DNA of 64,000 bases from assembly GCA_050575255.1 (NCBI GenBank), contig JBNZDD010013498.1, positions 412,392-476,391 of the forward strand. The letters are read 5' to 3'. Below the pieces are notes generated by a model that saw only the letters and a program-made list of their open reading frames with translations, was not told the DNA's origin and did no database searches. Positions within the stretch are counted from its first letter, which is position 1. Every line of letters starts with the position of its first letter. The stretch is from Harriotta raleighana. Lineage: Eukaryota. A program made the translations under genes and the position numbers. Positions 1 to 13,679 of this stretch are shown here, piece by piece.

Positions 1-399
1 AGGGATAGAATCAGGGAGTTCTCGAGGTCAGGGGACACTCACCTTACAACTCAGTGCAAGTAGGCTATATTTGCTGAGGCCTAAATACTGATATACAGCA
101 AAATAATGATTCCAGGAAGGGTCTAGTCATTTTGAAAGAGAAAACTCGATCCAATTCAATGACAAGGAAAGAATTAATGGGCAGTCAAAGTGGAGTGTTT
201 GCCTCTCCCTTCCATTAGATGTTTGCTTGTATCCAGCAATGAGATTTTTTTTCACCAGAAATTTTGTTTTTCTTCAATGGACATTTAATTTCAAATTTGT
301 CCCATGATCTCAGCCCATTAAATAAGTCTCAACGTCCATTAATTCCCTTGTCCCGGCTGGTCCATCCACTCAGCAGACACCAACCACTTTCACCAACAA

Positions 400-660
400 C
401 AAGAAACATTTATAGAACGACCCTCATACAGGGTAGCCTCCCAGAGCACTTCATGCCCCACACCTGATCTGCGCATAGCAATGTCCCACAAAGAGTAGTG
501 GATTGAGTGACCAAATTGTTCTTATTCTTTATTGAAGGAATTATTACCCCCAGAAAATGATCTGCCAATCAATCAGGTTCTTACTGCAAAGTAAACAGAG
601 GCATTTGGAGTAAGGAAGCTTGCCTAAGGTTTTGCCCTGTCCTGGAATCAAACTCTAGAA
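400..660 (-). mobile_element. Degraded tRNA-derived SINE, long variant
   Basis: Reverse complement of family motifs (gcgcatagcaatgtcccacaaa; ggagtaaggaagcttgcctaagg) plus the internal segment shared with the 3757 and 37240 copies. Confidence 0.65.
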
Positions 661-3600
661 AGGCAGCACAGTGGCAGAATGCCAGAATGCAACAAGTCTG
701 TGCGTTGGCAATTTGGTACGAGTTAAACTCAAGTCTAGGAAGAGAAGTTTCAAGAAAGGGAAATCTTGGAATTTCCCTATCTCTGAGGCACAAGAAAACA
801 TGTTTGGGTCAGTAATAAGAAATTCCCTGAAGCATTAGCACTGACCTCTGTAGGTCTCAATTGAATATGCATGCGGACCTTTGTGTCAAAATTGATATTG
901 AAGTTTGTTGCCGATTCGAGGGTGATAATTCTAATTTTATTCTAATGATCTCGGTTTTCATCGTACACTCTGGGTTAGGACTGTGAGAGAATGAATAGAG
1001 CAGTGTGCTCTCCAGACTACCACCACTACTATTTTTGTGACCTATTCAAGCATGAAAACATGAGGAGATAGCTACAAAGATAAAAAATACCAAAAGTCAT
1101 TTCTGAATTGTATGCCGACTTAATGTTAATGATTCTGCCACATTAGGCCACTGGTATAATTTGAGTGAATGCATTTGAAAACCTTTTATTCGTGTGCAAC
1201 TGAAATAAATTGTGTACCGCTGGATTGTGCTGTCTGGCATCAAGTTATTACACGTTTACTGCTGATTGTGCTCAGTATATGAAGTGTTGCTTCCCACATG
1301 CTATGCCACACTTTATATTAAACACCGCTGGCAAGAATTTCCCATTATAAGCATATGCTACTAGGGCTAGTAAATTTATCGACCAGTAGAAGCTACTCAG
1401 GAATAAAATACAGACGCACTTATATTCTCAATTGCTTTATTAAAGTCACGGACTTTGGTAGCATTGCCTTTCACAATTTGAAGCAAGCTCTCTAGATCCA
1501 TTTACACAATTCTGTGTCTGTGGCAAATTTACAACAATGTGGAGTGCAGTTATTTACATCTAAAATTCACTTCATGCTTTCAGCTCCTGAGTTGGCCCAC
1601 TTTATTTATGCACTGCACGTATCTGTTAACAGATATGGAATATTAAAAGTTTGTCTTCCCCTTTGCGGAAAGCTCTAGAGTACCATTCATTGAAGAAGAT
1701 AGCTGCAACAGCTAAAAGTCCTTCCTTGTGCAACATGCAAACATGTCTTTCACATCTATAACTGCCCAGAGTTGATGCAGTAATAATACACCAGACAGTC
1801 CTATTAGTTATGCTGTGGCTAGTTATCTTTCAGTAGTAACAGCATGATGGATAAATGTTTTCAGCAGGGAAAATTGTAATGTCACCATTCATTTATTTAT
1901 CTTTATTATTTTGAATCTATGTTTGCTTCCCTGACACCATATCCTAGCTACAGATCAATTGCTCGGTTTAAAAAGGGTAATCACTATTTTCTGCAACATG
2001 ACCTCCTTGACTGCAGGCACTTTCCTCGATTGTTCCTCTGTAACTGCCTGAACTCTGCAAGACAGTCATAGAGCCTTCAAAAGGAACGGTAAAAAGAACA
2101 CCTCAAAAGAGATGTGGAATGAGCACATACCATCTTTTGATCTTGGAAGAGAGTGAGAGCATTCTACCTTGTCAATAACCTCTCACAGATCAGGTCAGTC
2201 TGTTGAATAGGCTGTAGACAAAACCTCTGCATGGTCAGGCTGAGCACCTGTTGAAATCTTAAACACTCTATTGATGCTCTATTATTGTCCGATTGAAGAC
2301 ATAACACGGTGTTTGCACAGGGCATTGCACAAACTCATTGACATTTCAGCTCTTGTTACATTTCTGACTAACTGGAGATGGGTTTGAATCTCGTGTCCTG
2401 ATTTTGTATATTTGTCTAATTTCAGTTGATAGAATGCCCTCCTCAGTCTCCTTACGCCATTTTCAGCTGCCACCCAAGGTTGCTTCACTCAAGCCTATGC
2501 AGTGTGCGCTTAATCTCTACAGGTGCAAATGTTAAACCCAGCTAGGCCCAGGACGGACAATTTCAAACCAAGATTCACTTCACAGTCTCGACCTTAGGAG
2601 AGAAAACATTAAAAATCTCTTGCAAACTGAATGCTTCCCAATTATAACAGTTTAATTAATAAGTTGGTAAAGTTAAAATATTACACATACAGCACCGAGA
2701 ATGTCCAGAATTGAGTAAAAGATTAACAGGACCTCAAAGATGGTTTGCAAAATTGTCTCTCTTTAAACCACAAACCTGTCATGGGGTAAAAGTTGCTCTT
2801 TCTGTACAGAAGGAGTTTAATGGGAACAGATCAACAATGCAAAACTCTCCATAATTCCCAATAAATTAGGTCCTCAGAGCTTCCAAAAGCTCAAAAGTTA
2901 AAACTATTTTGATGTTGTGGTGGTGAACTAAAATATCCCTTTTTAAATATCCTTATCTGCCTTTTTTACTGTATGTGTCTCTTGGTATCTATTTTATCAT
3001 ATTATATTTGATATTGTACCTGATCACATTAGTACAGCTTTGTATCCTTGTACTGGGTCGACAGCAGTTCAAAATACTGTATAATGACTTTATTTGGCTC
3101 AATTTGTAATTATCTCTTTGTGTTACAGGGAATTGGTTTGACCTTTTACTACACTGTCTGTATTCATGCTTCTTAGCTTTAGTGTATGCTGTCTATACCC
3201 ATCAGGGAAGCTTAACTTTTTGCCCTTGGTAACTCATTCTGTCTGAAGGTCTTTCTTATATCTTTGACTTTCGTATTTTGACTGTGTCCCAGAGTCAATC
3301 TGCTCTTCAATGTACTCGGTAGGTTTGAGGGTCGGCCTGAACAGCCCCCTTTGAGCGTTTCCAGCTGTGTTGATTTGACTATTGCACAACTAATGCTCAA
3401 AGCGAAGAAGCATTTCATAGAAGTGCTTGAAATGGTCCCGAAAGCTGGTCTGGAGATTCAAGGTCACCTAGAAGGCACGGTGATGTAGGGCGGGCCTTGT
3501 TTCACTGCCACGCTTCAGGAATCAAGGTCGTATCTAGGCCAACACCAGGGGTCACAGCTACCATTAGGTCCAGGGTGAGAAAGTCAGGCTATTTTGAGAA

Positions 3601-3756
3601 TCAATGTCATTGCCAAGGTCAAGAGAAGAAGCCAGGCTTGAGGCAAGGAATCGAAACTATAGGCAACGTAAGTGAAAGGAAAAAGCGAGAGCTATTTTAC
3701 TAATTCTGCACAAAGAAACTTCAGTAGGCGCCTGGGATTTCCTTCATCAGTTATAG

Positions 3757-4138
3757 AGTCATGTAGCTCAGTGGCTGGAGCATTTGTCTCACAAGTGAGA
3801 TACCTGGGTTTGATTACTTGGCATGGCAAAAATGTTGGGCGAGTTTCCTTATTCCACGTCTCTGTTTATCTTGCAGCAAGTAGGAACTCAGTTGTTAATC
3901 GACAGAGAGACAGACCGCTTTTCCGGGGGTACTAATTCCTTCCCAACAAAAAATAATAAATTGGTCACTTCAATCCATAACTGTTTGTTGGACACTGCTA
4001 TGCAGAATTGGCTGCAGTGTTTTGCCCGTAAAATTTAAGGCTAATTCAATTTACAGTATATTCTATGAAGCACTTTGAGACATTTTGCAAACGTGATAAA
4101 GCCTTATATCAAAGGTATGGATAATTATTATTATTATT
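3757..4138 (+). mobile_element. tRNA-derived SINE, long variant, near full length
   Basis: A-box TAGCTCAGTGG, degenerate B-box, Deu-like core ctgtttgttggacactgctatgcagaattggctgc, (ATT)n tail; ~60-70 nt extra internal segment relative to the 61421 copy. Confidence 0.85.
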
Positions 4139-7104
4139 GCAAGACGTGAGTTGTACTTTACTAGTGTGTAAGTTAACTGTTGCCTGGAAAGAGTGATGAA
4201 ATATCCAGTTTTCTATTCCAGAAAAAAAATCCCATGAATTTGTGCAGTGAATGATTGTCTGTCCCACGAGTAAAATAAAAAGAAATTATTCCTGCTTCAT
4301 CTAGGAATATCCTCAATCAATTTCAATAATTAATTACCTTCATCTAGTAGAATAAATAATTATCTCTCTATTTAGGAAGTTATTGAACACCAGAGATTAT
4401 CTTTATTTATTAATAGTAGAAGGCATCACTGATCTCGACAGTGTTCATTGTACAAAACAGCACTCGTTAAATGCATATATATTTATGGAAGCTGAGCTAT
4501 CTTTAAGGCAAAGTTCATAACTTGCTCAATAAAATTTAAGTAAACCAGATTCCAACCAAATAGCTATAGATGATAAAGAGTTACAATGTAAAACCAAGAA
4601 TAATGACTTCAAAGGATTATATCATGTGAAGAAATAACTGAGTGAAACAAATGTGAATGGGCTCATTAAGAATGAGCACCAAATAGGAGTTAGTGGAGCA
4701 GAGAGCTGAACTGAGGCACTTGAAGATTGGTATTTGTGAGTCCAAAACCCCAGTGGTCTTGTTTTATCTGTTTAGCTCTAAAGACTCGAAAATCAATGGG
4801 AATGCTCCAAAGTGTGTGGAACTTGAGGGTTCAAATATACCCAACAGTTAGATCACGATGATGAAAAATATAATGTGCCACAGCCTTAAAAAAGAAAGCG
4901 TTTATCACATACTGCCACTTGCCATACAATGAGTGTTTCTTTACCTCATCTTTCAATAAAACAACTATGCAAACAGACTGATTTTATCTGCACTCAACTA
5001 GAAGTGACATACAGCCAACTTAATTGCATTTCTTTACTTAAATAGACTTTGTCTTCATGAAAAAGTGGTGTAGCAAACTTTAATTGTTTGGGAGGGTTTG
5101 AAAAAACCTGAAGCCCTATGTATGATTGAGAACATGCTGTTGGACACTAATGATGCAGAGATGTATTCAAACATGATTTATGTCATTATAATGGGAGTCT
5201 AATTTGCGATAGTTACAAATTACGATATTCACAGCTTTCGAATATTGAATTCCACATAAGCAAAGTACATTAAGAAAAAACATAGCAGCTTCTATTTGCA
5301 AATATCGCCCATTAGATCCCACTATGTATTTGCCAAGGTTAAAAGATGGGAATAGATATTATCATCTGCACAGTACACTTATTCAGCAAAGATGAGAGGA
5401 AGGAAGTGAGGTTACAGGAAACGATGAGGGTATTGAATTGTTGGGGAGGTAGGTATACCATGAAAGTACGAACAAACTATAACCCAATAACAATTGAAAT
5501 CTTTTTCTCTTTCTCGTTTGAAAGCATTTTGGTTTGAACACAAACCTGTCAATTCTGACTTACTTTCTCAGATGATCTTTTATTTGATGCAGTGTTAAAA
5601 GGAAACAATACTATGAGAAAAAGCACAAATAATGTAATATATGCAGAACTATGCAGTAGTCATATAAAACTAGACCAGGATGGAGGCAGATTTATGAATG
5701 GAATATTTTACATACCAAGGTCAATTGTTTCCGCCACTCATTTGCATTATTTATATCAGAAATAAAGTTTAAATAGTCACACATCCAGGTGGTATGATAA
5801 AAGTGACTTCTGTGTTTATACCTAGAGGTTTTAAACTTGAACATTCATTTGCAGAAGGGAAATGATTCCCTTGTGTCTCAGTCCTTACCTTCCTCAGTTT
5901 CCCACAGGCTAAGATGTCATGGTTCTACATGTTGAAAGATAATAAATAAAAATCAAAACTGTGCGCTTGCCTTGTGTTGAAATCTACCTCCTCTTCTTCG
6001 ATTGCCTCATGTTACTCCCTACTGTCAAGCCATTAGTAACATTAGTCAAGCCAAGTAACCACTGTAAATTTATATGGTCCAACGAGCATGATCAGTGATC
6101 ACCGGCCGTTTAATCAGAGATGAATTAATGACTTAGACACAAGTCATACTCCAATCATGCAAAAATCCAACAGTATGCAAAAAAAAAGGTTATTTACACA
6201 GCGTTTATATATGAGCAGATAAATGCTCTTTAAGTTTGATTTTCATTGAATATTTCTTGCTTTGCACTGCATTATTCTGCACCTCAAAGTAAAAGTGAGC
6301 TTTATTTTTCTGCTCGGAGTTCCGAAATCTCTGGGATGCTTTTAGAAGGGCAAATTCAGGTCAATGGTCAATCAATGTCAGGCCATGTGACTAATAATGA
6401 TTTTAGTTCAAACGCAGTAAATGATGTATTAGGAAATGGGTGAACAAGTAAGACTAGTACGACAAGCATGTGGGAATGGTTATTTCTCATTTTGTTCAAG
6501 CCTTTTTTGATATCCACGGCAACACTGATAAGAAGCAAGATTATTCAGGACCTTCCACAAGCAATATCACATAAACTTAACTGACCCTTCAAAATCAGCA
6601 GTGTGACAAGTTTGATGTATTGATGGATATATGGAATCTTTTCTCAAGTGCTACATTGGTTAAAATGACAAGTGAAAGTATACCAGTTAAACCTTCTTGT
6701 CTCCCCTATGTAATACATTTGGTCTTCATTGCCCTTTCTTTTATCTCTTGCTTGAAGATAGACTCCAGACCTCTGGCCTGTCAGAGAAAAAGGAGACGAG
6801 CAATTGAACGCTTGATGACATACCTATTCAAAGGTTAACAAGTATAGATTTGTGTTCATAAGTGTGTGGGGGGAGCTAAACATTAACCAAAATGACCCTA
6901 ACGGGCAAAAAGCAAAAGTCAATCAGGTTATCTTTCCTAAATATCCTGATATTTTTCATATTATCAATGGAACGCATTAAACGTGACAGTTCATTGATTA
7001 GATATATAGCAAATATGATCCAAAGCTAGCTGCATGGTAATATTTGAATGGCTTCACTAGGTTCTAAGAGAATTTGTGAGAAAACAAAAATATTGAGCAT
7101 CTTT

Positions 7105-7210
7105 ATAATAACCCTTGTATTTGTTATATGGTCTTATGTATTCAAGATGTCTCAAAGTGCTTCACAGAATATACTGTAAACTTAATTGATTCTAGATTTT
7201 GTGGATGAAA
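7105..7210 (-). mobile_element. SINE 3' fragment
   Basis: gtctcaaagtgcttcacagaatatactgtaaa is the reverse complement of the family tail. Confidence 0.65.
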
Positions 7211-7569
7211 TTAACATCGTTTGCAAATGCCACACTGATGTACTATTAAAGTCATGTGGGGGAGATGACCTTTATTTGGATTTTGAAGCTTTTTGTTAAC
7301 CTGTGAATATAGACAAAAGATATAGTTACTGCTGAACCACAAGAATGATAATTTCTCATGAGTCTCGTGATAATTAAACTTCCAAAGAAAACCAAGTTGT
7401 CAATCATAGGTGTTAGCCTTGCAACAAGCTGGTCACTTTCGTTGTATGAAAGATCCTGAAGATGCCATTATATTGACTAAGTACAGTGTTACATTGCGAT
7501 TAGAATTTAATTATTATTATTGAATCCAAAATCATTTACATAAATTTATTTCAGGCAGCTTTTACTGAA

Positions 7570-8068
7570 CTCTGCCGCCTGTGTCCTCCACCGTTCCAAA
7601 CTCCGTGACCCCATCTCCCCTATCCTCGCCCAACTCCATTGGCTCCCCATCATCCAGAAGATCCAATTCAAGATCCTGGTCCTCACATTTAAAGCCCCCC
7701 ACAACCTCACCCTACCCTACATCCATGACCTCCTATTCCCTTATCAACCTGCGCACACCCTCCACTCATCCGGCTCTGGCCTTCTCCACATCCCCCAACT
7801 CACCCACCTCACCATTGGCAGGCAAGCCTTTAACCACTCTGCCCCCAACCTCTGGAACTGCATCCCACAGTCCCTCCACCTCGCCCTCACCCTGGCCTCC
7901 TTCAAGTCTCGCCTCAAGACTCTCCTCTTCGACGGACCCATCAGCAACTCCTAATCCCCCTTCCCTCCCCCCACCTTTCTCAGCTCTGGTCTGAAGCAGT
8001 GACTGTTCAGGGCCTTGAGACGTCTTCCTGACATGAAAGGCGTTGTACAAATGTAATGTTGTTGTTGT
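7570..8068 (+). mobile_element. L2-clade LINE 3' end (ORF2 C-terminus and 3'UTR)
   Basis: C-rich; an alternative frame reads ITPxLxxLHWLPIxQKIQFKILVLTFK...GRQAF...APNLWN, typical of L2 ORF2; tail gtgaaaggcgttgtacaaatgtaatg(ttg)n. The Ser/Pro-rich ORF in the track is the wrong frame. Confidence 0.85.
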
Positions 8069-9802
8069 TCATTCGGACACCACATGGAATTAATGCAAAA
8101 GTATGGGAAAACTGCAGTACACAAGAAATCTCATTACGCTTGGTGAGATGCATCATGTAAAGATCTTAAAATACTGATATTTTGACAAGTTCGATTTCTC
8201 AATCTCAATTTCCGTCATATTCAAAGAAGAATTATGAATGCTTGCTGCAATGGAAACATGGACATTGAGTCAGACAATTGTAGCGGATAGGAGACAAATG
8301 ATGACCTCCACGCATTCACTTGACATTTAATAAATATTTCCTTTATTCTTTTGATTACAATGATGTCTCGCTGCTCTTGTGTGATTATCAATTAGTGGCT
8401 AAGAGAATGATTTCTTTGTCATCGCCAATTTCCTTCTCTCTGGAGGGTTGTACATTCCAGGGCAACAGAAGCCCCTTGGGTGCCTCACTCAAGGGACTGG
8501 TTTTCATGTGTCAGTCCAGCCAGGGAGTGCAAGTAAGAAGTATTAATGAAACTAACCACTGCAAGAAATCTCTTCAACCCATGGTGAACTACCTGACCGT
8601 TGAAATTTCTATGCTTGTTATTCTAACCAATGAATGTAAGATTTGGATCAACAGATTTAATGTAGTGCGCTGCCTGGAGGGGGTAATAAACCACTTGACT
8701 TTGAGTATTTCTGACTTCGAGTGCCTCAGAAATGATACCCAGATGCTGGGAGAGCACAGATATATTTTAACCAGTTTGAATCAGGAGAGAGAATAGATAC
8801 GTAAGGATCAATGATATTGTTAGCTGCAGAGGGAATGCTGAATTGGAAGCAAAATTGAAGGAGTAACATAAATCAAACTGGGATATAATTAAGAGATTGA
8901 GGGAGTTTAAAAGGAAACAATGAGAGATTATGGGAGGTTAAAAAGGGTTTCTATTTTCCTCCCAATTAAACTACAACATAATTAATTTAATTACATATTA
9001 AAAGCATTTATTTGGAAAAGTAGGCATGCATACAATTAGATTACGGTGATGTGTGGAATTGAAAATGTTTTTTTTTTGTGTTTCCTATTGACGTCTGTGA
9101 TTCTCCTGGCTCCATAGCAGTTATCTATAATCTTAGACTGAAGTTAAAAGTTATACATTCATTAGGTTACATTATTTTGTCAGGAACATTTCTGAATAGA
9201 TTGAATTTCCTACCAGGGAAGTTCCTCGTGAACTAAACACAGGTAACATTCTAAATGTTTTCTTTTAATGAATGAATTAATGGTAATAGTAGTGTAATAT
9301 GGAATGCAGTAGATCTTTCTGCTTTAAATGATTCCTTAGTAACAGACATTGCATGAACATGCCAACACGCTGTTCTGTAAGGTAAGAGAATAGCTACCTG
9401 TATTGAACATTAACTTGTACAATCCTAAAAAGGTTTACTTCAGCTATCATTAAATAAATGTCACAGTACAGTAGGTGGGGCGTGTTGTGAAATGGCTGAA
9501 ATAAAAGGTTGTAGTTGGAGCTTGTATTGTATTGAGTACAGATGTGTTGCTAAGAGAGCCAACACAGAACATGTGTTTGAACATGAAAGGACAGGCCCAG
9601 GAACTGTCAATGGATTAAGAAATGCCATTAACTGCATTGGAGTATCTGCATCATAAAGAGATACAGCTCTCTTGGATGATAGTGTCTAAGGGGAAGTGTT
9701 TCAGTGGCAGGCAAAGCAGTGTGTTGTGTGTAGTGAATGCAGGCTGTTATTTTTTAGCTTCAAATTTCTCGGCTGATCAGAACAATAAGCAGAAGCCATA
9801 GT

Positions 9803-9910
9803 AATAATAAATAATAATAATCCTTGCATTTGATATATCGCTTTTCAAGTCTTCTAGACGTCTCGACGTGCTTCATATGTAAAGTGAATTGACTATATTT
9901 TGTGGGCGAA
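9803..9910 (-). mobile_element. SINE 3' fragment
   Basis: (aat)n-ccttgcatttgatatatcgcttttca tail reversed. Confidence 0.75.
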
Positions 9911-10524
9911 TTTTTTTGTAGCAAATCTTCTTGCAGATCTGAATTGATGTTAGTAAGTAATTACTGTAGAACACCGATGATGAGAGCAAAGGCACAATAG
10001 TTGAGATTTAAAATGTAAACCATTGCTCTCTGCTTTCACAACCACAAATTACATGTTTATAGTGTCCTTCAAGCAGGTTAACATCTCTGAGCGCTAACCT
10101 TTTGAAGACCAATTTCTTCAATTGTGGCTTCAGTCATCTCTAAATGTTTCCAACTTCTCCCTTTGTTAAGCACCTTGAATTAGTTGTTCTTTTACCTCCA
10201 TAAAAAATGCAAGATCCTTTTCCTGGAACTGCACTCAATTTAGTTATCATTTGATATTAGTTTTGCTTCATGGTAATAATGTTGGCTTGTTTTGAGCTGT
10301 TAAAATCACTGCATTGACTTTCCAACCTCTCACAGGACGAGCATGACGTGAACTATAATGTGCTTAAACCCCCAAGTTGCTCTTTCCAATAATGAAGAGC
10401 AATGTTGGTTCTTCTGAATTGTTCTAAACTGACCTGGAATTGGAAAGAAACAAATAGATCCCCCAAATCTGCCAATTCAATAACTTCTTGGTGGAGCAAA
10501 CATTTTGGAGTTCAACCGTCTAAT

Positions 10525-10910
10525 GAAATGCAGGAGATCTCAAGTTCAATCCGTGGTCTATACAAAGTTCAATGACTGAGTTAGCTGAGAAAGCAACAGG
10601 AACATCACAGTTGGCTTCAACTCCAACCTCTGCCTACCTCCCACCCACCCCCATTTACCCACCAAGAAAATCAGCAAAGCTTGTTACCACAGATCACTAT
10701 TGAGATATCTGGTCGCAAGATGTGTAGAAATTAGGTGAGGACAGGATTCAGCTCAGCTGGGATACCCTCACCTCTCCCTCCGTTTGAATAGCTGTTGACA
10801 CTCACTGTGAGAACTCGTACAATAATTATGTCCATGTGGGCAAGGCACAGGCAGCAAATCAGTACCTCACATAAAAGGAAAGAGTCCAATAGACCTTCAG
10901 GATGGGATTG
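10525..10910 (+). mobile_element. Old SINE-like interspersed repeat, second family
   Basis: B-box-like gttcaatcc, then gtgaggacaggattcagctcagctg...gaatagctgttgacactcactgt, shared with 12990-13260 and 25715-25780. Confidence 0.6.
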
Positions 10911-11228
10911 GGAACAGATTAATTTTGAAAAGATTTAGTGAACAGTTAAATATATCAGTAAAATGTCACAATTGCAAAATACACTGTGGATCCCAGTGTG
11001 AAAGGGATAGAATCTTGGCTGTGAGCTTCACACCGTTTTTCCTACACTGTTGGAAAACCATGAACGGAATTTGAAGCGAACGCCCTACACGTGACCCAGG
11101 TGATGGAATGATATCATATACGATTCTGTTTCAGACCATTCCACAGATTCCAGAAGAGCAGGTGCTGCCTGTTAACTGCCCACGTCTGGTTAAAGGATAA
11201 CAGTCTTTGATGCCCTGATTATATCAGG

Positions 11229-11253
11229 GAGAGAGAGAGAGAGAGAGGGAGAG
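11229..11253 (+). repeat. (GA)n microsatellite
   Basis: gagagagagagagagagagggagaga read directly. Confidence 0.9.
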
Positions 11254-11847
11254 ATGTTTGGCATCTACCATTGCATATTAAGGGTCTTGATGCACACCAC
11301 GTCCGAACAATGATGGAGTGGAGGGGAGGTTGACTTGTTTGGACAAAGCCTCTATAGTCAGAGCATGGCTATCGGAATGCAGACAGCCTTTGTCAAGGCT
11401 ACAGCTGGTGCATTTTTCAGTCAGATCACTCTGCATGTTGTCACGCTGCATCCCTCTCGACTCTGTTTCATTCCCACTTTCTGCAACACCCACTTGTTTC
11501 CAGCGGAGCGAACTGGCAACAAGGCTGCTGTGGAGAAAGTGGAAGAGATGGTAGGATCCCCCATGATAGAGAGATTAATAATCCAGGCAATCAGTGCGAG
11601 GGACAGGACTGTGTGGGCTTTGAGCAAAATTTACTGACTTCAAGTGTATTGAGATGGGGTGGTGTGTTATGCCAGTCTGTGGTGGAGACTCAGAGCACTG
11701 TTGCGGAGCAATTATTGTGCAATCAGTGGACACTTAACGATAGATTGTTCAACATATCCTTGTGCTTGAATCCTGAACATTAAGTCAATTTCTTTCTGAC
11801 CAGGTACAGGTCACCTTTGGAAACTTAGTCTGTCAGTCATAATGGAT

Positions 11848-12168
11848 ATAATAATAACAAGAATCCTTGCGTTTGATATAGCACTTTTCACGTTTTCCAG
11901 ATGTCTCAAAGTATAGTCTTTGCAGAATATACTGCAAAGCGAATTTACTGCATATTTGTGGGCAAAACGTGGCAGCCAATTGCCCACAGCAATGTCCCAC
12001 AAACAATAATGGATTGAAACAACCGATTTATTATTTGTATTTAATCAAGGGATTATTATCAGGCATGTGAAGAAAGAAAACTTGCCCAAAGTTTTGCCTC
12101 GCCTGGACTGAACCCAGGTTTCTCGCTTGCAAGGCGAGTGCTCTAACCACTGATCTACAGGACTCCAC
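11848..12168 (-). mobile_element. Full-length tRNA-derived SINE
   Basis: Aligns end to end with the reverse complement of 61421-61753 (head, Deu-like core, tail). Confidence 0.92.
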
Positions 12169-12989
12169 ATGTATAGAATTGTATTGTCCTCTATCTATAC
12201 TGTACATTAAGACCGAAAGAAGCAGATTAAGTTTTCCCAATTCAGAAATAATATATAGATTGAGGTCGACCCTATTCCCCCTTCTCTCTCACTCGATGTC
12301 TAACCTGTTCCTTGTGAAACACTCTGAGACTTTATCCGATGTGAAGGGAGTTGTTGTAGACAAACAACATCATGGTGATGCATCAGCATCTAATCAAATA
12401 AATGTCCTGTATATTTTTGCCTGTGACTTTTTAAAATGAAAAAAAATGCTGCATACACAGTCTCTGTTAACTGACTCATTGCACTGTATTATCAAATGTA
12501 GGCTTATTTCTTTTGTTAGTTCTGTAACCAACATCCCACATGACATTGTCAGGGTTTTTTTTTGTTGATGTGCCCTCTGTGACCCCAGTTGCTTAATTGT
12601 TCTCACCCCCAGGTGTTTTGCAATGAAGCAGGTTCTTCCCTAGAAAATCACTGATCCACGGAGAATGCCCATGTAAAGAATAAATCCAAATGCACTGAAC
12701 ATTATATTTACTTACAGAGGTCTTATTGTGCTTTTAACATCTATGGGAGCCGAACTCATGAAAAACAATGACTTAGTAACATAAAAGCTTTATTAAACAC
12801 TGAGTAAGTACGCTGTTTGAACTTCACTGCAGTTCTCTGCTCCAGTACCACAAGTGCACCAAATTGTTTGCCAGAATGTATTCCTATTGCTGAACTGAGC
12901 CTTGGATAGCATTCAAGGGTTGGTTAATAGATGCCACTGCAACACTGATTACTTTGATCGTGGAATCAAAGGAAATGAATACAAAACTG

Positions 12990-13260
12990 GGCAATCCTGA
13001 AGCAAAGCTATTTCCATCTCTTCCCCCCACCATTGAGTGTACATGAAAGTGGCCTGTAAAGTGTGCACAGATGGACATTGCGTGAAGACAGGATCAAGCT
13101 GAACTCTGATTCCACCACAGTCGAATAGCTAATCACCATTTACTGTCTTACGTTTTCATATGAAGAAAGACTTATTAAATAAACTGCCAGCTGGTGACTA
13201 CTAGTAATGGAACCATAACCCCAGGAAAAAATTTCAGCATCTTCAAGAGACAGGAAGGTA
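12990..13260 (+). mobile_element. Old SINE-like repeat, same family as 10525-10910
   Basis: gtgaagacaggatcaagctgaactctgat...gtcgaatagctaatcaccatttactgtct...catcttcaagagacagg parallels the 10525 copy. Confidence 0.55.
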
Positions 13261-13679
13261 TAAAGTACCTTCCTGTGCTTGTGTTATTTCATTTAAACGG
13301 CTGGTGCTTTATCTTCCTTAAAATAGAGATTTGCAAGTATACGTTGAATGTGACATTTAATGTGCAACAATAATTTTAATTATTCTCAGCTCCTCAAATG
13401 ATTGTTTCTTCGTGTTTCGTGTAAGAATAATCTACAGCAACTGAAGCATCTCTAAGATCTGAGGATTCCACTCTTAATCCCTTTACCAGGCCTTATTGTA
13501 TGATTTCCAATAGAATACTCACATCTCATCGAAGAAATCTATGTCATTCCTAAAACAATCTAATTTATACTGAGCGTTCCTTTTCCCTTCAACAACTCTT
13601 CACCCTTATTGAAACTCAAGTTTGTCCAAGACCTGAAAAGAATTCTCATTTTTAGAGTGGCTGCCATCATTTAAATTAA

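Noticed and set aside
7581-8050. 137-aa Ser/Pro-rich ORF and antisense Gly/Glu-rich ORFs
   Set aside because: Off-frame readings of a C-rich L2 LINE 3' end; the same sequence recurs at 18288, 27515 and 37480.
8320-8796. 158-aa ORF
   Set aside because: Non-ATG start, no recognisable domain and no supporting exon structure; chance ORF.
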